A stretch of DNA of 20,000 nucleotides, taken from the IMG/VR virus record IMGVR_UViG_3300034735_000012. One strand, 5' to 3'. A program made the translations under genes and the position numbers. Below the pieces are notes generated by a model. It worked only from the letters and a program-made list of their open reading frames with translations. It had not been told where the DNA came from and made no database searches. This DNA is from an uncultured virus (IMG/VR IMGVR_UViG_3300034735_000012). Lineage: Duplodnaviria > Heunggongvirae > Uroviricota > Caudoviricetes. This document shows positions 8,661-17,800 of this stretch, piece by piece. Every line of letters begins with the position of its first letter. Position 1 is the stretch's first letter.

Positions 8661-8772
8661 GTATATCTCAATTATTTCATGTTTAATTCGATTGAATCAT
8701 TAGAGGGTAAAATGCGTGCCATACATGGTGATTTTTTGATAAAAAAAACTTTAGAAAAAAAATATTTTTTTT

Positions 8773-9087
8773 TCAATCGCTAATTGCTTGAGACAAAAAA
8801 TAAGTGCCTTTGCTTAGTTTGTAATTCATATTTATATTGCTAACACAACTTCGTTTAAATCTGCGTATGATCGTTCCTTCTGTGTCTCTCTTGCTGTCAA
8901 AACACTCTGCAAGATTATCTAAAAACTGCTCTCTAATGCTTTCTACTGAGCTTTTAAAATTAGTTTTATTTTCTATACACTTTTGTTTGAATAATTCTTG
9001 ATCTTCTTCTGGAACTACTAAAGCTAGATCAGCATAAGATGTTATTTTAATGTTATCAATTGTTTTTCTGTATTCAATTCTATTCAT
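8773..9087 (-). CDS. Hypothetical protein (104 aa)
   Basis: ATG-started ORF at the distal end of the helicase operon. Confidence 0.65.
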   Translation of the reverse strand: MNRIEYRKTIDNIKITSYADLALVVPEEDQELFKQKCIENKTNFKSSVESIREQFLDNLAECFDSKRDTEGTIIRRFKRSCVSNINMNYKLSKGTYFLSQAISD

Positions 9088-9149
9088 TTTTACGTCTCTC
9101 TTATTGTTGTTACGACTGAAAAAAATATCAGCCGTGGTTGTTAGGTGAA

Positions 9150-9365
9150 CTACCCCTTTAACTCTTTTTCAGTATCGCTAGCTTGTTTTTTTTCTTCTTC
9201 AAGTTTTGCAAAGCTGCTTAAGACGATTAAACAGTTTGCTTTATACGATTCAAACAGCTTGAATATTTCATCTGTATTTGATCCTTCAATAGCCTCAAGT
9301 TCGTCAGTTAAAGTGTTGTACATTGTTTCTAATACTAGCTTTTTTAGTATAGCATTGCTTTTCAT
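9150..9365 (-). CDS. Small hypothetical protein (71 aa)
   Basis: ATG with AAGGA RBS directly after the helicase stop. Confidence 0.65.
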   Translation of the reverse strand: MKSNAILKKLVLETMYNTLTDELEAIEGSNTDEIFKLFESYKANCLIVLSSFAKLEEEKKQASDTEKELKG

Positions 9366-9374
9366 TTGGCTTCC

Positions 9375-10715
9375 TTAGCTTGTTAGCATTTTTAGTATAT
9401 CAGTTAAAGCAAATAATTTATTATTTAGTGAATTATACACATCAACTTCTTTTGTGTTTGTTGCTGATATTCTAATAATTTCAGTTTTTTCAGTTTGAGA
9501 TATTCTGCATATTCGGGCATTAACTTGATTATAAATTTCTGCTGAATATGTTGGAGAAGACCAAATTAAACTTGTAGCTTTAGTTAGAGTTAATCCATGA
9601 CTGCAAGATTTGCTATGAATAATTAAAACTCTATATTTACCCTTTTGAAATTTTTCTACAATTTTTGATCTTTTTTCCATCGGAACATTACCTGATATAT
9701 AAGCATTTGACAATTTCTTTTCTTTTAGTTGCTTTTGTAGTTCTGGTAACTGATGCCTCCAATTGTAAACGATAATTGTATGCTCCCGTTGATTAGCTAA
9801 TTCTACAATCAACTTATATCTTTCAGGGCATATGCTTATAGTATCGCTAGATTCGTCATAAACAGCTCCTGTTAAGATTTGCAATAATTTATTTGTTTTA
9901 GTCGCTGAATGCAAACTATTTAATTTTACCTCCTCTTTGTTTATTTTAATCCCTATGTCATATTTTAGATTTTCATATGCCGATCTACATTTTGTAGATA
10001 ATTCGTGGTAATAATCAGTTGTTATTTGGCTTGGTAAATCAACACAATCTCTTAATTTAAATCTAATTGATATATCACTTATTTTTTGAGCAACTCTTTC
10101 TCTAGCATCTATTTTATCCTTATATTCAGTAAAATATGGATTTTTCTTTGTGTAGCGATACAAGTCTCTAAAGCCCATGATAAATTTACCTAGACGTTTC
10201 CCACCATCAATTATTTTTGTAGGGTAGAACAAATCTTCAACTGAATTGTTTATCGGTGTGCCAGAGAGCAATAAAAGATTTTCAACTTCTTCAACAACTT
10301 CTTTGATTGCTCGTGATCTTTGTGCCGTATGATTCTTATATGCAGTACATTCATCGATTATAACGTGTGATATATTTTCAAGAGATAATTCATTCTCAAT
10401 AATAAATTTGCTAAATTCATGGGAACAAATTAATATATCTGCACTTGATTTATTGTAACGATCAATTTTTCGTGCTTTAGTACCTGTTAAGATTTCATAC
10501 GTTCCGCCGAACTTCTTGATGTCGTTACCCCATGACGCTTTTAAAATAGATACTGGTGCAAACACTAACATTTTTTTCCGATTTTTAGACGCAAAAAAAG
10601 CGTCAATAGACGCTAATGTTTTGCCTGTACCTGCATCAGATAAATTAAATGAGCGTTTTTTGTTTAACCAAAAATCACTCATTTTTTTTTGATGACTGTA
10701 AAGTGCTATTTTCAT
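9375..10715 (-). CDS. Phage SNF2-family (SF2) DNA helicase
   Basis: Q-motif LYSHQ, Walker A DAGTGKT, DECT (DExx), SGTP, HGLTLT and QVNARICRISQ (motif VI). Confidence 0.92.
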   Translation of the reverse strand: MKIALYSHQKKMSDFWLNKKRSFNLSDAGTGKTLASIDAFFASKNRKKMLVFAPVSILKASWGNDIKKFGGTYEILTGTKARKIDRYNKSSADILICSHEFSKFIIENELSLENISHVIIDECTAYKNHTAQRSRAIKEVVEEVENLLLLSGTPINNSVEDLFYPTKIIDGGKRLGKFIMGFRDLYRYTKKNPYFTEYKDKIDARERVAQKISDISIRFKLRDCVDLPSQITTDYYHELSTKCRSAYENLKYDIGIKINKEEVKLNSLHSATKTNKLLQILTGAVYDESSDTISICPERYKLIVELANQREHTIIVYNWRHQLPELQKQLKEKKLSNAYISGNVPMEKRSKIVEKFQKGKYRVLIIHSKSCSHGLTLTKATSLIWSSPTYSAEIYNQVNARICRISQTEKTEIIRISATNTKEVDVYNSLNNKLFALTDILKMLTS

Positions 10716-10721
10716 AGTTTT

Positions 10722-11378
10722 TTAGTAAACTCTAAAGGTATTTTCTTCTATGTTTTTAGTAATATCTTTATATATATTTCTAGCTGATTCGAGTAATTTC
10801 TTATCGCATAGAGCATAAAAACTGAACTTAGGTAGATACCATGTTCCCTTTGTATTTGTACGGCTTTTTGTTGCTAAATTCCAAATGCCTGCATATCGTG
10901 GGGCATTTTTAGGGTGTATCATTTGTATCTTTGTATTTAATGCTTTGTTTACTTGTAATCTACTTTTTGATAAGTAAAGCATTACTGGGTGATCTATATT
11001 ATTTTCTTCATCGAGAAGTAATAATATGTTTTGACCAGTTTCAACTATCGTTGCTTTCTCTCCAGAGCTTTCGATATATGCTTTTGCGTCATCATTAGTT
11101 TTAAATGTACCCAACAATTTATCGCCTTGATCTTCGCTCCACACGCTGAACACGGTCATATAATGTAAGGGTATAAAATTCATATCTTCAAGAGATAAAT
11201 CTCTTGACGATAAAAATATTTCTCCTGCTTTAGCGTTATCTATTTCGTCTAAGGTAGGGGATAGTTTTTCAAGTATCTTGATATAGGGTATCTGAAAATC
11301 ATCACTTGTAAGACTTTCATTTCCATCATTAGCAAATTCAGAATAATCAATTTCTGCAATCTCTTTAGAATCAGTCAT
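10722..11378 (-). CDS. Putative phage single-stranded DNA-binding / replication protein
   Basis: DDFQIPYIKILEKLSP...AKAGEIF and NTKGTWY resemble SSB-like proteins of siphovirus replication modules. ATG 11378 has an AAGGAG RBS; adjacent to the helicase. Confidence 0.55.
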   Translation of the reverse strand: MTDSKEIAEIDYSEFANDGNESLTSDDFQIPYIKILEKLSPTLDEIDNAKAGEIFLSSRDLSLEDMNFIPLHYMTVFSVWSEDQGDKLLGTFKTNDDAKAYIESSGEKATIVETGQNILLLLDEENNIDHPVMLYLSKSRLQVNKALNTKIQMIHPKNAPRYAGIWNLATKSRTNTKGTWYLPKFSFYALCDKKLLESARNIYKDITKNIEENTFRVY

Positions 11379-11379
11379 A

Positions 11380-11751
11380 TTAAGCTCCTTTTTTGAATGA
11401 TAATTTAACAAGATCAATCATCTCAATGCCATCGATTTGTTCATTTTCTGACGCTAATTCGTCCAATAAGGTGCTACTAATTCTAGTATTGATTAATGCA
11501 GTATTTTTGCTATTGAAGACATAGTTACAAAATGCTGTTTTATCAACTACTTTTGCAACAGGTTTTTTTGATATAGATACTAAACAACCGTCTGCTTCAA
11601 CTCTAGTAAATCCATTGTTTTCTAATTCGTCTAAGATTGCAGTTGTTATTTCTGCATCCTTGGTGGTTAGTTCTTTTGTTTGTTTTGCTAGTTCTGCTCT
11701 AGCATTTTTAATTGATGAGAGTTCATTAATTAATGTACGCAACAATGACAT
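11380..11751 (-). CDS. Conserved phage replication-module protein (coiled-coil N-terminus)
   Basis: Coiled coil followed by VVDKTAFCNYV...RIS...IDGIE, typical of the small gene preceding SSB/helicase genes in tailed phages. AAGGA RBS. Confidence 0.6.
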   Translation of the reverse strand: MSLLRTLINELSSIKNARAELAKQTKELTTKDAEITTAILDELENNGFTRVEADGCLVSISKKPVAKVVDKTAFCNYVFNSKNTALINTRISSTLLDELASENEQIDGIEMIDLVKLSFKKGA

Positions 11752-11807
11752 AAAAAGTCCTTTTTAAAAATAAAAAATAATTATCTTCTTACTAGAAGAT
11801 AACTACT

Positions 11808-11835
11808 ATTATACTTTTAAAAAAACCAATTGCAA
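11808..11835 (-). promoter_or_regulatory. Sigma70-type promoter of the helicase operon
   Basis: Minus strand TTGCAA (11835-11830), 16 nt, TATAAT (11813-11808). Perfect 9-bp inverted repeat TTATCTTCT-TACT-AGAAGATAA at 11781-11802 just downstream. Confidence 0.6.
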
Positions 11836-11854
11836 GCATTTATTTATTTTATTT

Positions 11855-11887
11855 CAACTATATTGCAACTATATTGCAACTATATTA
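11855..11887. repeat. 11-bp tandem repeat x3
   Basis: CAACTATATTG at 11855, 11866 and 11877 (last copy ends in A). Confidence 0.9.
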
Positions 11888-11895
11888 CAGTTGCG

Positions 11896-14800
11896 TTAAA
11901 TCTCGTAAATGCTAGTGGTTGTCTTTATTTTTGCACTTACTTTTTTAGCTGTTTCAACGATTTCCGTATCTCTTATATCACTAGCTCTTGCGGTTGGGGC
12001 TGTTTTTGTTGGATCAGATAAGCCAACATCAACAACATTTGAATCACGCTCTAAGTCATCAATTTTAGCAACCGTTTTAGGAATATTTTTTACAACACTA
12101 GCTGTTAATGTTTTGCTATATAAGTAGGTGTATGTCTCTTGAGGAACTAGTTTATCTTTTTTAATAAAGGTATCAGCTTTATTAATATCAGACACATTAT
12201 CTACATGACTTGGTAAAGTATTTTCATTTAATTCAGTTGTTCTGGTTAGATTATATTTAGTACCTGATTTTGATAATATGTAATCATAATCGCTATAATA
12301 AATATCTTCGCCATTATTGTTCAAGTTAGGGTTTTCTATTTTAGTAATGCTACCTCTTAAAAGGTCTAAGTGTACGACTTCTTTTTGGGAGGGTACTCCT
12401 ACTATTAAATATAGGCCATCATTTGAGCAATCTATTGAGCAATTAACATCTTTAGTAAAGGATAATACTTTAGTGCTTACATTACTATGTAGTAGCCTTA
12501 AATGGACTTCTTCATCATTTTTTATAAAATAAATATATTCTATATTTTCAGACGCTACTACTTTATTTTTTATATTAGTTATAGGGTCTACAGTTAATAA
12601 CTGCATATCCTTAGTATTATCAAGGGGTGTAGAAACTAAAGTGTCATTATTGACAGTATATAAGAGGTAGGTAGAATTTTTAGCTAGTTGGATATACTGC
12701 TGTTCTGTAGTTGTCGCTAAATACTCTTTATTAAACTCTTTGTAATACGTTCCGTATTTTTTAATATATGTAACAATATTCAGGTAATTACCAGACGCTA
12801 AGTTTATAACGGCTTTTACATTTTTTATTGTTACAGTCTTATTAACAAGGCTAATTTCAACATCTTGTATAACTCTAGCGTCAACTTTAGATAAATTATA
12901 TAAGGCCACTTTGTTATCTTCTGATATTACAACTTTTTTAGTATCTACATTAGGGTCTATTGTTGTTTTAAATGTTTCTATTTCAGCATAGCCATTACTT
13001 GATAATAAATAAGTTTCAACTGCATCATCTGTTTTAACAGATATATATTTACCCTCTAAATCTATTTCTAAATCATTTGGATTTTTTATAGCTGTTACTT
13101 GGTAATGTAGCTCTTTTTTATATGTTGCAGGGGTAGTTGGTTGCTCAACATCTACCTCTTTAATGATAATAATACGGTTTCCGCTATAATCATTGCGTTT
13201 ATGCTTAGGGTGTATCTTATAACGGTTATTTTTTATCTTAGAGGGTGTTTTTTTAGTAGCACGTGTTACAGTAGTTGATTTGTTTTCAGCATTTTCATCG
13301 ACTATTGCTAATATAACACTCCCATCTTTATTAGATACAATTTTATCTGTAAATAGATGGCTATTATCTAAAGTAAGTTTTAAAGTTCCTTTTGTTAATA
13401 CTTTATTAGTACTATCTACAGATATAGTTATATTTTTATCTGGTGTAGTAGTAGTTTTATTTGTTCCTGATGCAATAAATTTAGCCTTTGTATCTTCTAA
13501 ATTGTTTTCTGCAAACGCTGTTTTTAGCGTCATAGGTACGGCTTTTTTTACATTTGTACTTAACTTAGTTAAGTCATTAAAAATAATAAAGTTAGTAGGA
13601 TCAGAATTAAATATAACTGCAACTTTTCCGCCACTACTTGATACTACATATTTTGTTGCATCTTTAATTAATATTTTGCTTTTATTATTTCTAATAAGGA
13701 TAGTTTTATTAGTATTATCTACTAATATACGCAAATTATTTTTTGCACCTGTGTGCATATATTTATATGCTGTTTTTGTGCTATCTTGCTCAATTAATTT
13801 AACATTATAAAACTCATATATATTATTTACAGCGTGGACTTTTATAAGATTACCCTGTAAAATTGATTCTATATTTTTGTTTCTAACTTTTTTATTTGCA
13901 TCAATGTCTTCAAGATCTTCTGTTAGCCAGTTGTATTGTTGTTCTGCTGTGTTTGTTGGCTGATCTTTTAGCTTATACTTGTTTAGCACTAATACATATT
14001 TAGACACTGTTTTATTAAAGATATCATTTAAATAAAGATCACAATTACTGCCAAAAATAACTTTATTTTTAATATTTGCAGTATATGTATTATCAAAAAC
14101 ACAAAAGGGAGTTTCTACTATAGGTTTCAATCCTTTACGTAGCTTATAAACATATATATTAGCTGCTTTTCTAGCACCACAAGCCATATAAGCTGAATTA
14201 TCTGCTATATCTATATTCATATAATCATCTAAAAATTCATATCGAATATCAAAAGAGCTAGGTATATTTATTTGATTTATTGTTTGAGTTAACTCATATT
14301 GCAATGATTTATCTCTATATGTATAAACAAATATATCTCTTGTAGTAGCAGCAGTGGCTATAAATTGATGTCTATTGGGTATAAACTTAACAAATGCACC
14401 AAAAAACGAATGTGGTACTTGTGAATCATCTTCAATTATTTTAGTTAGCACTGTATGTTTAGCAGTATCGTTAGGTAATAATTTAAGAGTTTCTAAGCTA
14501 TTAATTAACTCGCTTGGAGAGCTAATAATAAAACTAATTTGTTGATCTATATCAAACAATGCTACCTTTTCTAACGATGTACCCACTACACAATATTTTT
14601 CATCAGAAGAAAAACTTATATCAGTTACTGTGTATGGATACTTGCCAAATAGATCACTGATATCTAACTCAATATGTAGCTTATCTTTATTATATACAGA
14701 TATTTTTCCATCGGACTTACCAAAACAAACATAATTGCCATAAGGGCTTAACTCATGCTTTATTATTGGGGTAGTACCTACTATATGGTATAAATATCTA

Positions 14801-17800
14801 TTTAAAATAGATTGATTTAGAACAGTGCTTTCATTATTTAAGTTTTTAATAAATAATAAATCATTGTTTTCAGGCATAGATTGTATTCTGCTTGCAATAG
14901 CTAAGGTATCACTATTTGATAAGGCTATTGAGGCTTTTTTTGAATGTGTTTGCGTGCCGTATTTGTCATCTATCATTAAAGATGAATCAGTTTTAATTGT
15001 TTCTTCTTGTCTTGATAACAGCCTGCTTAATCCCTTGCGGTTAGTAGCTAACCACTGGCTATTTGAATCCTTATATCCATAGCCGTTTGAAAATGATACT
15101 GATTTTTTAAGTAATGGTTTAAGTTTGCCAGATCTTGGATTTAATTCATAAAGACCACTTGACGTAGCTACTAAATCCTTATCATTATCATTAAAAGCAA
15201 ATCCGTTTTCTGTATTTGTATTATCAGTTACTGTTAACATACCAGAATTAATATCTAGTTTTGTTAAACCATCATTTTCTGTTCCAATCCATATGTTTTT
15301 GTTTTTATCCATATATCCAAAGCCATTTTTTACACTTTTAGTATCGGTAGTTGTTATTTGTATTTTAAGGTCTCTGTCTATATCATAAACGTGTAGTTTA
15401 TCTTGCTTTTTATCTAATAAGAGTAAATAATTTTTCTGTAAAAATGCTGTATCATAAAGTTGAATCCTACCAACTTTAACCTCAAAAATATTTGTTCCTG
15501 TATTAACCCCATCTATATGCTCTTTTACAGTAGCAGTTGAATCAGCGTTCCCTTTTTTAAGTAAAACTACTGCATTAACCTTTTGTTGTTTTTGATTTAC
15601 ATAACTAGATATTAAAACATCATCAAATAAAGGCGTTCCTTTATTATTTTCTGTTGTTAGCAAACTCCATTGTTTATTTTTACAATAATAATAGGTTAAA
15701 ACATCTTTATTTTTATTTGATGCTATAGCCATATCCGAGCTTATAGCAACAATATCTCCGAAATTATTAACACCTGTATTATTAAATTTATTGGAATTGC
15801 CAATTATATCTATTTCTATACTATTTTTTGTCTTATCTCCAATAATTAAATAATTGTCATTTTTATATTCTTCTCTTGTAGAATAATCATATGTTTGTTT
15901 TATGTTTTTTAATATACGTAAATTACGCTTATCCATATCAAACTCTAATAAAGAGTTACCTACTCTTATTTGAGTGTCTTTTGTTGTTAATAAATCTGCT
16001 ATTTTTAATGTATTATCTCTTAATTCATTTCTATACATAGACACAAAAGTATTATCTCTTATATCCGATCTTATAACAGTGCTATTGTATGCAGATACGC
16101 TAAGAATATTATTTTCTAATGTAGCTTTTCCTTTTAGGTTGGTGTCTGGTATAAGCATTGCACTATTTATTTTTTCAGTGCTTTTTATATTAGTGTTTAA
16201 TAAATCAAACGTATTATATATTCCAGTTTTACCCGAAAATGAGACTAACGTATCATTGATTATATCTATATCTGATATATCAGATATATCACTTACATAT
16301 TTTTCTTTTTTTGCTCTATATACTCTTATATTATTATCATAAGCCGCAGGATTTTTATCTTCCAATTTGTAAAGCAAAATACCTTTATGTAATTGCATAA
16401 AAGTAACGCCTTTAGTTTTTTCTACTTCTTCTATTGTTTGAATTTCTTTCCATATTCCTTTTATTTTTTTATAAATATATACAAATTTTACTTTACTACT
16501 TGATGAAAATGAACCAGCACTTCCAGAAGTCATTCTTAATCCTGTAGAAACTGCAAGAATGTCATCTTCCATGCATACATTAGTTATTGCTAAATCATTT
16601 GATGTGTTAAACTTTAAAGAAGATTTGTAAACCCATTTTAGATTTGAGTTATCAAATTCATAAAGTGTTATATATGAACCGTTATTTTTGTAATCTTCTC
16701 GTAATGCCAAATCAGTATCAGTAAAAGCATATGCAGTATAATTTAACGCATTTTCATATCTTTTGTTTCCGCCAGAATGGATTGTTACAAAATCCTGAAT
16801 AAACACAAATTCATTTTTATTTTCATCGAAATGATATCCTTTTATAGAACAGTCTATTAAGAATCCCCAATGCTCTAAAAAATCATACATATCGCAACCA
16901 AACTCTATGAAGATAAGATGTTTATTTGTCATCTTACAATTAACAACTGAATCTCTGCCATAGTGAATTTTTTCTTTTATCTTCCAAGGATAGCCTGATC
17001 CATAATTTCTAACATAAATCGATGGTGCATCATTTGATCCGCAATAACTAAGCAAAACTTTTCCATCGTATACGCAAGCATTGTATAACTCATTATTATG
17101 AGTGTATTCAGAATATTCCCATTGATCTGTACTTTCATTATATATACGTATATCTGCATGTGTGTCGTAGCCTCTACCTCCTCCTGTAAATGCTAAAACA
17201 TTTCCATACATGCTAACAGTACAGATATTATACTTTCCAGGGCCAGAAAAACTTGAATGTTTATTCCAAACATATTTTTTAGTGCTAGCATCATATGACC
17301 TTTTAAACATATAAACTACGCCGTCAACAAGTATTCCACACCAATTACCATAAAAAGTTAATCCGTTAATTACATTATTGTTTTTATAGACCATAAACGA
17401 GGATTCAAAAACAAATTGCTCTGAATTAGTAATAAATGGATTTATTTTTATTACTCCATTTTTTGATATTGCATCTGTGTCTTGATTTAAAGAAACAGAA
17501 TGGCCATAATTTATATTTTTTTTATCCATTAAATATAAGCTACCTACACCACCAAACCAAGAGTTTCCATCATCATCTGTAATTCCAAAACTATCACTGA
17601 CATCAAGTTGTCCTGATTTATAGGTTGTGCTTATTTCAACTATTTTATTATGTACATCATCATATTTTGCTAGCCTTTTATTTTTTACTACCCATATTTG
17701 CCCAACACCATCTGTAAACCAATAACTACCTAAAGTTTTTGCATTTGCATCAACAATAGTATCTGTTTTTGCGACTGGATCAAATATTGCTAATCCGTTA

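Noticed and set aside
4148..9378. Antisense ORFs 4148..4390, 5615..5830, 5989..6222, 7491..7844, 8143..8361 and 9145..9378
   Set aside because: They overlap better-supported genes on the opposite strand and have shadow-like F/S/L-rich composition.
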